Part shown: positions 1 to 9,288 of the stretch, one piece after another | Numbering within the stretch: position 1 is the first letter of the stretch | Layout of the letters: every line of letters starts with the position of its first letter | From: a virus | Length of the DNA stretch: 64,000 nucleotides | Virus record (IMG/VR): IMGVR_UViG_3300020204_000006 | Strand: one strand, 5' to 3' | Notes under the pieces: generated by a model | What the model saw: the letters and a program-made list of their open reading frames with translations, nothing else | The model's database searches: none | Told to the model about the DNA's origin: nothing | Program-made: the position numbers and the translations under genes

Positions 1-3000
1 TCCGATATCGAAAATTATTTTAAATCTAAATTTAATATAGGTTCAGATTTTAAAGGAACATTTAATAACAACAGGCTTTACTACATATCATCAGATTTTA
101 GTTTTAATAGTTTCTTGCCAGTTTTTGGCAATTTACGTTTTGATGATGATTTATTAAATCCAAATTCTCTTCTTGAGTATTCTAGTTTTAATGCTGGTTT
201 TTCTTCTCCCTTAAATGATGTTTCTGGTATTTATAGGCTAGAAGACTATAATCATTCGGGTAGCAATATAGTATACGAAGTTATAAAAAATTTAAATATA
301 GATGCACCTAAATCGGATCTTTATGAATTTTCTTTATTTTTGATATTTGAAAAGAAAACAGTTTTAGTAAGAAATCAAGAGACATTAGAAGATTACTGCT
401 ACAGAGTTGGAGGTGCATTGCCAGGTTCAAGTAGCAGTAGCAGTATAGGCAGCATCAGTAGTAGTAGCAGCAGTAGTAGTAGTTCTTTTGTTCCTCTTCC
501 ATGCATTGATGGTAATTCACCAGGTGGCTGTATGGATTTAGATGGAGATGGATTTATTGGCGGAGGCGATTTGGGCGTTTTGCTTGGTAATTGGAATAAT
601 CCCGGAAATGGTGATTTGGATGGTGATGGCGCAGTAGGCGGTAGTGATCTTGGAATTCTTCTTGGTAATTGGGGTAGATGTGTTGAGTGTCAGTCTTCAT
701 CTTCCTCATCTGGGGACATTTCTTCTTCAAGTTCTAGTAGTAGCGGGACTGGTCCAGGTACCTTATGTTCTTTTATAGAGGTTGAGGCTGGTGAAAAGAT
801 CACTGGAGCCATAAAAAGTGATGGTACGCTTGTTATATGGGGAGATGTGAATAGTGAAGTTATAACTTCTTTGCCGTCTTCTCTTCCTCAAATAACTAAA
901 ATTTCATTTGGAACTGCCCAAAGTAATGCTCATGCGGTGGCAATTTCATCTGATGGTTCAGCATTATGCTGGGGAAATAATTCACAAGGAGAATGCAACG
1001 TACCAGGTGATCTAGGAAATGTTATTTCTGTTTCTGCTGGTGCAAATCATACTTGTGCTGTAAAAGAAAATGGCGATGTTGTTTGTTGGGGCTTTAATAA
1101 TTCTGGTCAAACAAATGTTCCATCCGGTCTTAGTGGCGTTTCTAAAATTCACTCTCATGCTTCTCATAATATTGCCCTTAAAACAGATGGTACTGTATCT
1201 TGCTGGGGTTCTAATTTGCATGGTCAATGCAATGTTCCATCTGGTCTCGATGATGTAATAGAAATTTCCACTGGTAGTGGCCATTGCGTTGCGCTTAAGC
1301 GAGATGGAACTGTTGTTTGTTGGGGTTTAAATTCAAGTGGTCAGTGCAACGTTCCCTCTTTTGATGGATTGTCTGCAATCGCTATATCTGCTGGCGGTAG
1401 CTTTACCTCTGCTGTCCTGTTAGACGGAACAGTTGTTTCTTGGGGTATGAACACTTTTGGTCAAACTGATGTTCCATCTGGAATGGGATTTGTTATTAAA
1501 ATAGAATCAGGAGATGATCATACTGTAGTTCTTTTTTCTAATAATACGGTTTCTTGCTGGGGCAGGAATGATAAAAATCAATGTGATGTTCCAGATTCAT
1601 GCTTGACTCAAACTGAAATATCTAGATCTCTATCTATTAATCAATGTGATTCTTACATTGAGGGCCATGCAGAAAATGTATATTCTGGAAGATACAAAAT
1701 AGGGATTATAACAAGATCAAAGTCTTTGCCAACATTGTCTAGGGATTTGTATCCAGGTGGAACAGAGCTTCACATTTTTGATAAAATTTTTGAAAACAAA
1801 GGTTCAAATAGGATATCTATAGATGTTAATTACAGAAAGCTTGTTATTGAAGAAATGGAGCACTTGCTTTCAATAAGTAGTAAGGAAATTTTCTTCACAA
1901 ATCCATTAAAAGAAATCGACGAAAAGTATCCAAGGTTTATAAGAAATATAAGAGTTTTTTCTGACGGAGATATAGCTGGCTCCGTAACAAGATTTGCTAA
2001 TATAGAGGATAAAAGAAGACAATTTGACGCCTTCTTCGGTTCTTGCTCTAGAAGTCAAGATATACCATCTTATCTTGGCGTTCATATGATGAACGAGAAT
2101 ATAATTTTGGAACAGTCAAATATAAGAATAGGTAAACTTTCATATAAGCCTAATTCCAATATTACTCTTGATCCAAGGATATATGATTTTGAGAATATGC
2201 AATCTGTTGGGCTTTTGGAAACCCTGTCAAGAAATGAAAGTTTTGAATTTACAACTGAAGATCCCGGTGATTTTTACAATGTTTCTGAAATGTCTAGTTC
2301 TGTAGATGAGTGGTTTTCAGATAGATCTGGCTTTACTCATGTGGGTTCATATCTTGACGGTAAGCACGGCAGTAAATCAATAATTCTTCAGGACAACATT
2401 GATAGTATATCATCTGCAAATCCTGTTTTGCAAAATGACTCATATCATGCAAAGACATATTCTGAAATAAGAAACTATCAATTATCTTCTGGTTATAATG
2501 GTAAAATTTCACAAAATCTTGGTAGATCTGATTCAAGTGATTATACTTTCTTGGTTGATGCTGCAGTTATAGCGCCAAATCAGTTTATTAAAACGTATAG
2601 AACAATTGGACTTTTGAATGATGGAGTTATAAAATTTAATAACGTCTATTCTAAAAAATCAACATTTGATCAAAACAATAAGACTCTACAGTATGATACT
2701 TTAAAATTTTATTTTGAATCATCTTCTGCTCAAGATTATAGTCTTTTTAATCTTTCTTACCCGGCTAAGGCTGTACTGGACTCTGGAAATGAATATTTAG
2801 TGTATATAGACAACAATCATATCGCTAGATTTGTAAATTATCGCATGTCTATACCCCCAGATATCCAATTAAGAAAAGTTGCTGGTGCTACTCTCACCGT
2901 ACCTAGCAGTGACACAGGCACAACTTTCACCTTTCCTAGCAGTAGCAGTAGCAGTAGTAGTAGTAGTGATTCTTCTAGTAGTAGTAGTGATTCTTCTAGT

Positions 3001-6000
3001 AGTAGTAGTGAATCTAGCAGTAGTAGTAGTGAATCTAGCAGTAGTAGTAGTGAATCTAGCAGTAGTAGTAGTGAATCTAGCAGTAGTAGTAGTGAATCTA
3101 GCAGTAGTAGTAGTGAATCTAGCAGTAGTAGCCAGTCAAGTAGTAGCAGTCAGTCCAGCAGTTCTAGCAACTCCAGCAGTAGTAGCCAGTCAAGTAGTAG
3201 CAGTCAGTCCAGCAGTAGCAGCCAGTCCAGTAGTAGTAGTCAGTCAAGTAGTAGCAGTCAGTCCAGCAGTAGCAGCGGTTCCAGCAGCAGCAGCAGCGGT
3301 TCCAGCAGCAGCAGCGATTCCAGCAGTAGCAGTGGTTCCAGCAGCAGCAGCAGCGGTTCCAGCAGCAGCAGCGGTTCCAGCAGTAGCAGCGGTTCCAGCA
3401 GCAGCAGCGGTTCCAGCAGTAGCAGCGGTTCCAGCAGTAGCAGCAGCGGTTCCAGCAGCAGCAGCGATTCCAGCAGCAGCAGCGATTCCAGCAGTAGTAG
3501 CAGTTCCAGCAGTTCTAGTAGTTATTTTGAAGATATGCCTTTTGGAAATACGAAAGTTTTGATGGTTGCTTCTGGTATCGGTTTTGTAGTCGCTATTGAC
3601 GAAAATTATAAATTAATAGGAAACTATGATCCTGGTCTTGCTAGTGCACAAATTCAGTCTGACATTAATACTATTAATGCATTGTATACAAGTGATGACG
3701 ATGCAATATACGCAGAATACGTATCTGCTGGATCTGATTTCTTTGCAATTAAAACATTAAATGGATACTGCGAGGTTTATGGAAATACTTATTCTTCCTC
3801 TCTACTTCCACCTTCTGGACTTAAAATCATAACATTTTCTTGTGGAGGTGATTTTATAGTTGCGATTAGTAGTACCGGTTCATTGGAAGCTTGGGGAAAT
3901 GATAGCAATATAAATAACAATGTCCCATCTGGTTTGTTTACGTCAGTTTCTTGTGGGTCTTCTCACGCATTAGCTATAGACGTTGATGGTTCTGTGTATG
4001 CATGGGGCGACAACTCTTTTAACCAATCTAATGTTCCATCAGGATTAAAAGCCGTTGAAATTTCTGCTGGTTCAAAGTTCTCATTTGCAATAGATTCTGA
4101 ATTTAAAGTTGTTTATTGGGGAGAAATTGATTTTCAGTATAATTCTGGGACCATACCTACCTTTGCTTGTTCTGTTTGGTGCAGAAACGATACTGTTTTA
4201 ATAGGCGGATTTGCAAATGAATGGAACCTTTTTACCGATATTTCTACGCACAAATATGAATCGTTTTTGTATTATTTGATAGAGCATCCTATTAGATATA
4301 GAAGTAATTCTGATATATGGGCTCCTGGTCCAGTTATAGATCTTTTTAGGCTTTATGATTCTAATGCATCAGTTGAGACAAATCTTAATAGATATTGTAG
4401 GTTGTTAGGATACAAAGACAATATTTGTTCTAGTGATTTTAAGATAAATGATCCATTAGTGCTATCGCAAATACCTGTTTCTGTTTCTGCAAACTCTTTA
4501 TCAAAGAATATAGATGCAAAAAGATTTGAAGAGGATAGAATAGGGCTATGCTATCAGTCAAATATAAAAAATTATAGATCGGACATATATTATAGGGGCT
4601 ACCTAAACCATTTTTCTATATTTGGAAAAAATTATTATCTTTCAAAAGATATTCAAAATCAAATATCTTCTTTCGAACCTTCAATTGGAAATGACTACTA
4701 TGGAAATTCTATAGTAGCATGGAGATCTCAAGATTCTACAGCTTCAAAAGAAAACAATTACATATACTCTTCTTTTATATATAATGGATCTTCTGACATT
4801 AACAAATGCCTTCTTGATGAAATGCTTTATAAGTTAAAAGATTTCTTTATTTACGATCCATACGATCCATATTCATTTAAAATATTGCCGCAAGTTTGTG
4901 AGGTTGAATTTACTTTTAAGGCACCAGCTTCTAATACATTTAATTTCTTTGTAGATTTTTATTATGACGATGAATTTAAGAATAAGGCTTATTCTTATTC
5001 CTCTTCTGTAGATCCTTCTATTTGGTCTGTTGATGGAGTAAATGCATATGCTGATGGCCATTATGCTCAAGCTGGTGATGAATTACTTGTAAGATTCCAT
5101 GCTTCTGATATTGAAGAATTGTCAAATAAAGTTTTATTTGTTAAAATAGGTTTTAATTCTCAGTCTTCATCACTCAAACATGGCCTTGTCTCTCAAAATA
5201 ATAATGAAATTAAGGACCCACTTGCTGTTTCATCAGATATATCTGGAAATAATCCAAATTTAAATTCAAACTCTAAGATTTGGGTAATGCCAGAAATTAT
5301 ATCTTCTGATATAAATTTGCCAAAACAGGAATTTATAAATTACAAGTCAGAAGATGGCATACTGAGATTTAATTTTTATGATAATAGCAGGTCGTCATTA
5401 GATGGCATTTCAATAGGAGAAACAGCTAAATCTTTTTATGTCCATATACAAAGAGGTAGTGGGAACTCTGAATTCTCAGATTTTGTTTTACGTTTTGGTG
5501 GCACTGTATCCTATGTTGGTTTTACCAAAGAAGATTTAGATATATCTTCTTCTTACTCAATTGGTGAAGGTGTTGCATATCCTCAATCAAATTCATCAGT
5601 TTCTAATGGACTGGTAGATGGAGAATTTATATCTATAGATTCTTCAGGAAGAAAAATAATGTTTAGGTTAAAAACAAAACAAAATGGTCTCAGATCTTTA
5701 AGAGTCGTAATTAAGGAGAATAAATTTATTTCCGGCAATTTTAATTCTGTATTTTTATGCAACTCAAAAGAATCAGCAGAATGTATTACTCAAATTCCTT
5801 TTATAAATAAAACTTCAAATTCTTCTTTATTTAAAATTAAAATGGATATTTATTCAGACGAGGATTGCCTAAATTACGTTGGATCTTTTGATTCAAGTGT
5901 AAACGTAAATTGCTTTACAAATGGGATAATGGGATATTATCAGTGTCCTTCTAAAAATATTATATACGTTAACTTTATTCCTCCCGTTATGGAATACATA

Positions 6001-7740
6001 AATATGTCTGGTTTTGAACTATCAAATAGTAGCATAGTTTCAATTGAAAAAGCTGATCTAATTTCAGAAAACATATCTAGAAAGTATTTACAGCCAGACA
6101 TAAAATATCATTTTAAGGCTTATGCGGTTTTTGACAGTGGAGAATCTACGTTTGTCACAAAATCTAATTTTAAATGTGAGAGTAATTCAAAGAGATCTTT
6201 AGAATATACTTCTCCAGTTCTTGTTTCTTCTGGTAAAAATGTATTGAACAATAATTTGGAAATATGCTCTCTTGCTGGAGGAGAGTCGGTACTATCATGG
6301 TCTGACACAAGATTTAATAAGCAGAGAGGAACAAGTCTATCTTTCTCTTCTAGTCAATTTAGTTGCATGTTTGCGACCGTTGATATGTCAAATAGATTTG
6401 TAAATTCTTCTTCTCAGGGTGGATATGATAGACATTTTAAATTTGTTTCTGGAGACACAGAACAAACATTTATATCAGAGTATAAATTTATTGCAGACAA
6501 TTTGGGTAATTTCTCTTCAATAGGTAGAACGGGTGAAAAAATATTATCTTCTCATATGGCACTTGGAACACAAAGAACGCCAAGGGCATTTGTGCCAATA
6601 TATAATGAGGGTAATGGTAGAACATTTTTTGATCAAACAAATAAATTTGAAACAATAACAAATTATGATGAATTTAGAAGAATAAGGGTAGTTAAAGATT
6701 TCGTTGATTATTTTTCTACAATTTCTGAGGACATAATATATCCAGTAGTTTCTGACTGTTTTGTGCATCTTGATGTTATAGGTGTTCCTGGAACGCAAGC
6801 TGTAAGAATAAAAAATGAAAATGATCAAGATTTCTCTTCATGGCTTCACATACAGGAACCTAATTCTGTTTATATTCAAAATAAATCTCAGCCAGAAAAA
6901 GATTTTATATCGGAATTTTCTCCTTTCTTTTTAGAAAGAGAAAGATTTGTTGTTCCATGGGTTTTAAGCTCTGGAAATGGCATCAAAAAAGTATGCATAC
7001 AGATACTAACGGCATTTGGTGTAACTAATACATTCTGTATAGATATAGTTGTAAATTATAAAAAATTAGATTACGAAGTAGAATTTTATTATGGGGTTGA
7101 TGATGCGCCTAGTTCTTCTAGCTCCTCTAGTTCTTCTGGTGGCTTTAGAATACCTTCCTCTTTCTATAGAAGATATCCTGTCTTGAATAATAAAACCATA
7201 TACGATCCAGAAACAGGAACAAGAATTTTTGAAAATGACTTAAGATCATTGAACATAAATGAAACATATGATATATCAAAAATAATAGCAGTCATTACTT
7301 TTAAAGACAAAAATAGAGTCGAAAGAATAAATAATCTTATGAGATATCCATTCTTCTCATCTAGGTCAAATAATCAGGTAATTGGCGCTAAATTGTATCA
7401 GCAGGGTATAGAGATAATAGATGTTCCGCTAACTAAAATATCTGATGGTGTTTATGAAGGAGAATTCCAAATAAAACAAAGTGATGGAATTGCTTATAAC
7501 GATGGTTTGGCATCTTTGCAGATTACTATTCCTGGTGAGTGTTTTATGCCAAACATATTTGATTTATTTTCTGAATTTAGGCAGTATAGATCTGCAAACT
7601 TGAATACAGAAATTAAAGTAGTTAATTATGCTAGCTATATACTTGATTTCTATAACAAAGATGATATTAAAAACAGTTTTGGTTCATCTGGTTATTATTC
7701 TGGAACTTTTAATTTTTTGAAAAATAATTCTGAAAGATGA
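1..7740 (+). CDS. ORF1: giant (>2,580 aa, 5'-truncated) modular putative virion protein: dockerin-like EF-hand pair, two RCC1 clusters, 195-aa poly-Ser linker, repeated beta-sandwich modules, C-terminal Ig-like region
   Basis: The frame is stop-free from base 1 (TCC GAT ATC GAA...) through the track's TTG at 115 to TGA at 7738-7740, so the true start lies upstream. Motifs: DLDGDG..GGDLGVLLGNW x2; repeated VVCWGxNxxGQCNVP; VPWVLSSGNGIKKVCIQI Ig-like strand pattern. Confidence 0.9.
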   Translation, partial: SDIENYFKSKFNIGSDFKGTFNNNRLYYISSDFSFNSFLPVFGNLRFDDDLLNPNSLLEYSSFNAGFSSPLNDVSGIYRLEDYNHSGSNIVYEVIKNLNIDAPKSDLYEFSLFLIFEKKTVLVRNQETLEDYCYRVGGALPGSSSSSSIGSISSSSSSSSSSFVPLPCIDGNSPGGCMDLDGDGFIGGGDLGVLLGNWNNPGNGDLDGDGAVGGSDLGILLGNWGRCVECQSSSSSSGDISSSSSSSSGTGPGTLCSFIEVEAGEKITGAIKSDGTLVIWGDVNSEVITSLPSSLPQITKISFGTAQSNAHAVAISSDGSALCWGNNSQGECNVPGDLGNVISVSAGANHTCAVKENGDVVCWGFNNSGQTNVPSGLSGVSKIHSHASHNIALKTDGTVSCWGSNLHGQCNVPSGLDDVIEISTGSGHCVALKRDGTVVCWGLNSSGQCNVPSFDGLSAIAISAGGSFTSAVLLDGTVVSWGMNTFGQTDVPSGMGFVIKIESGDDHTVVLFSNNTVSCWGRNDKNQCDVPDSCLTQTEISRSLSINQCDSYIEGHAENVYSGRYKIGIITRSKSLPTLSRDLYPGGTELHIFDKIFENKGSNRISIDVNYRKLVIEEMEHLLSISSKEIFFTNPLKEIDEKYPRFIRNIRVFSDGDIAGSVTRFANIEDKRRQFDAFFGSCSRSQDIPSYLGVHMMNENIILEQSNIRIGKLSYKPNSNITLDPRIYDFENMQSVGLLETLSRNESFEFTTEDPGDFYNVSEMSSSVDEWFSDRSGFTHVGSYLDGKHGSKSIILQDNIDSISSANPVLQNDSYHAKTYSEIRNYQLSSGYNGKISQNLGRSDSSDYTFLVDAAVIAPNQFIKTYRTIGLLNDGVIKFNNVYSKKSTFDQNNKTLQYDTLKFYFESSSAQDYSLFNLSYPAKAVLDSGNEYLVYIDNNHIARFVNYRMSIPPDIQLRKVAGATLTVPSSDTGTTFTFPSSSSSSSSSSDSSSSSSDSSSSSSESSSSSSESSSSSSESSSSSSESSSSSSESSSSSSESSSSSQSSSSSQSSSSSNSSSSSQSSSSSQSSSSSQSSSSSQSSSSSQSSSSSGSSSSSSGSSSSSDSSSSSGSSSSSSGSSSSSGSSSSSGSSSSSGSSSSSGSSSSSSGSSSSSDSSSSSDSSSSSSSSSSSSYFEDMPFGNTKVLMVASGIGFVVAIDENYKLIGNYDPGLASAQIQSDINTINALYTSDDDAIYAEYVSAGSDFFAIKTLNGYCEVYGNTYSSSLLPPSGLKIITFSCGGDFIVAISSTGSLEAWGNDSNINNNVPSGLFTSVSCGSSHALAIDVDGSVYAWGDNSFNQSNVPSGLKAVEISAGSKFSFAIDSEFKVVYWGEIDFQYNSGTIPTFACSVWCRNDTVLIGGFANEWNLFTDISTHKYESFLYYLIEHPIRYRSNSDIWAPGPVIDLFRLYDSNASVETNLNRYCRLLGYKDNICSSDFKINDPLVLSQIPVSVSANSLSKNIDAKRFEEDRIGLCYQSNIKNYRSDIYYRGYLNHFSIFGKNYYLSKDIQNQISSFEPSIGNDYYGNSIVAWRSQDSTASKENNYIYSSFIYNGSSDINKCLLDEMLYKLKDFFIYDPYDPYSFKILPQVCEVEFTFKAPASNTFNFFVDFYYDDEFKNKAYSYSSSVDPSIWSVDGVNAYADGHYAQAGDELLVRFHASDIEELSNKVLFVKIGFNSQSSSLKHGLVSQNNNEIKDPLAVSSDISGNNPNLNSNSKIWVMPEIISSDINLPKQEFINYKSEDGILRFNFYDNSRSSLDGISIGETAKSFYVHIQRGSGNSEFSDFVLRFGGTVSYVGFTKEDLDISSSYSIGEGVAYPQSNSSVSNGLVDGEFISIDSSGRKIMFRLKTKQNGLRSLRVVIKENKFISGNFNSVFLCNSKESAECITQIPFINKTSNSSLFKIKMDIYSDEDCLNYVGSFDSSVNVNCFTNGIMGYYQCPSKNIIYVNFIPPVMEYINMSGFELSNSSIVSIEKADLISENISRKYLQPDIKYHFKAYAVFDSGESTFVTKSNFKCESNSKRSLEYTSPVLVSSGKNVLNNNLEICSLAGGESVLSWSDTRFNKQRGTSLSFSSSQFSCMFATVDMSNRFVNSSSQGGYDRHFKFVSGDTEQTFISEYKFIADNLGNFSSIGRTGEKILSSHMALGTQRTPRAFVPIYNEGNGRTFFDQTNKFETITNYDEFRRIRVVKDFVDYFSTISEDIIYPVVSDCFVHLDVIGVPGTQAVRIKNENDQDFSSWLHIQEPNSVYIQNKSQPEKDFISEFSPFFLERERFVVPWVLSSGNGIKKVCIQILTAFGVTNTFCIDIVVNYKKLDYEVEFYYGVDDAPSSSSSSSSSGGFRIPSSFYRRYPVLNNKTIYDPETGTRIFENDLRSLNINETYDISKIIAVITFKDKNRVERINNLMRYPFFSSRSNNQVIGAKLYQQGIEIIDVPLTKISDGVYEGEFQIKQSDGIAYNDGLASLQITIPGECFMPNIFDLFSEFRQYRSANLNTEIKVVNYASYILDFYNKDDIKNSFGSSGYYSGTFNFLKNNSER
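529..675 (+). other. Dockerin-like tandem EF-hand (planctomycete/Phycisphaerae type) within ORF1
   Basis: CMDLDGDGFIGGGDLGVLLGNWNNPGNGDLDGDGAVGGSDLGILLGNWG: two DxDGDG Ca-binding loops, each followed by DLGxLLGNW; flanked by short Ser tracts (427-483, 694-744). Confidence 0.85.
769..1605 (+). repeat. Seven RCC1/BLIP-II repeats (complete beta-propeller) in ORF1
   Basis: Seven ~39-aa units with consensus V..ISAG..H..AL..DGTV.CWG.N..GQCNVP. Confidence 0.9.
2938..3522 (+). repeat. Poly-Ser linker array (195 aa) in ORF1, 18/21-nt units
   Basis: (D/E/Q/N/G)S5-6 units, including a tandem of the 21-nt unit GAATCTAGCAGTAGTAGTAGT (GAA at 3010, 3031, 3052, 3073, 3094, 3115). Confidence 0.97.
3553..4215 (+). 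repeat. Second, more degenerate RCC1 repeat cluster (5-6 units) in ORF1
   Basis: VSCGSSHALAIDVDGSVYAWGDNSFNQSNVP and neighbouring units. Confidence 0.8.
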
Positions 7741-7782
7741 GTTCATGTATTTTTTTTGTAATTATACTCTAATGGAGATATT

Positions 7783-9288
7783 ATGGCAGATTTAGTTGCA
7801 AAAAACATATTGTCGCCTTCGGGTGGTGAGGAGTTTTTTCCTGATCAATCTGTTTTAGTAACTTTTGATAACATAAGCTATCCGGACGACCAATTTTATT
7901 TTGATCTTTTTGTAACTTTAAATTATGATGGGATAGATAATTCCAATTGGGATTTTATAGCAAGACTTCCAATAGGTGTTCGCGAATATGAACTTTTTTT
8001 TAAAAAACCTATTTTTGGTAATAATATTAGACTGGCTACATGTGGTGTTTCTAGAAAGGGCATAAGATCAATTAAAAATGTTATGCCAAGGTCTTTTTCT
8101 TTTCGTCCTAGATTAGTAAAGGATCCAGTGCTAATCAATCCTGTTTCCAACAAATCATATTCAAATACTATAGAAATTTTGATAGACAATTCTTATTTAA
8201 ATTATTCTGAAAAAAGTAACATAAGATTTTATTCTTATTTTTCTTCTAACTTTTTAGGCATATTAAATTCCCCAATAGCCGAGAGGGTTGATTCTAGTAT
8301 TTCTCAAATAAAATGGAACATAGCAGATCTTCCCAACTCTGATGATTATGAAATTTTATGCTATTATTCGGACGATTTAGGGAACAGATCTTCGGATGTT
8401 GTAATTAAAAATTTAAACATAACAAATCCTGGACTTTGCATAATTGACACGGAACCTCCACAAACTGCTATAAAAATACAAAATGATTCTGAATACATAT
8501 CAGATCCAAATGTATCAATAAAGCTTTATAGTTATGATGACACAACTGGAATAAATGGATTTGTTTTTAAAGAACTTAGATTTAATGAAGAAAATGAAAT
8601 ACAAGAAGTAAAAAAGTCTGAACCAAGAAATTATGATATTAACAATTTTTATACTGTTTTAGATGAAGATGGTAAAACCTACATAGGTGCTTTGGTTGAA
8701 GATGTAGCTGGTAATAGAACTGATTATTCACTGGAGTATAATTCTTCACTTACTTATAACATAAATTATTTTAGATCAAGTAACCTTAATATAGAAAATT
8801 TTAATGTAACTGCTTCATCTTCAGATGGTGTTTCGGCGTATTTTGCAGTAGAAAAAAATGGTTTATATTATTTGTATAGGAAAACTGAAATATTTACTAT
8901 GGTAAAGGAGCTACCTTTGCCCTGTATCGCCATAAAAAACTCTGCAGACGACGTTGTAATGTCTTTTGAGAACTCTAATAGGTCACTTGAAATAAAAAGA
9001 TTTAGTAATAATACTTTATTTGAAATATTTAAAAGTAGCTCAAAAAACACCATGTGCAATTCAATTGAATTTTATAAAAATAGTTATTATCTTGGTTGTG
9101 ATGATGGCTCACTTTACAGGCTTAACGCATCGTCTGTTTCTATTGTCGCAGACATTAGTACATTTAAAAAGCCAATAAGGCTTATTGAAAAAACAAAAAA
9201 TAATGTAATGAATATATACGTTAATTTAGGGGCAGAAATATATTCTTTTGATGGACAAAACATAGTCAGGAGCGATATATTAATATGA
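7783..9288 (+). CDS. ORF2: 501-aa putative virion protein: FnIII/Ig-like domains plus C-terminal beta-propeller-like region
   Basis: ATG with GGAG upstream (7774-7777). Ig-like unit IDTEPP...DDTTGI...VEDVAGN at 8443-8715; C-terminal YYLGCDDGSLYRL-type blades. Confidence 0.8.
   Translation: MADLVAKNILSPSGGEEFFPDQSVLVTFDNISYPDDQFYFDLFVTLNYDGIDNSNWDFIARLPIGVREYELFFKKPIFGNNIRLATCGVSRKGIRSIKNVMPRSFSFRPRLVKDPVLINPVSNKSYSNTIEILIDNSYLNYSEKSNIRFYSYFSSNFLGILNSPIAERVDSSISQIKWNIADLPNSDDYEILCYYSDDLGNRSSDVVIKNLNITNPGLCIIDTEPPQTAIKIQNDSEYISDPNVSIKLYSYDDTTGINGFVFKELRFNEENEIQEVKKSEPRNYDINNFYTVLDEDGKTYIGALVEDVAGNRTDYSLEYNSSLTYNINYFRSSNLNIENFNVTASSSDGVSAYFAVEKNGLYYLYRKTEIFTMVKELPLPCIAIKNSADDVVMSFENSNRSLEIKRFSNNTLFEIFKSSSKNTMCNSIEFYKNSYYLGCDDGSLYRLNASSVSIVADISTFKKPIRLIEKTKNNVMNIYVNLGAEIYSFDGQNIVRSDILI

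Noticed and set aside
115-117. TTG start for ORF1 given by the ORF track
   Set aside because: The frame is open from base 1 with protein-like sequence, so the gene starts upstream of the window.
2938-3522. Bacterial serine-rich-repeat (SRR) adhesin interpretation
   Set aside because: No alternating SX dipeptides, no LPxTG anchor, no visible signal peptides in the locus and no accessory Sec or glycosyltransferase genes in the window.
2879-3562. Ala/Val-rich 227-aa + strand ORF
   Set aside because: Alternative-frame shadow of the AGC/AGT poly-Ser array.
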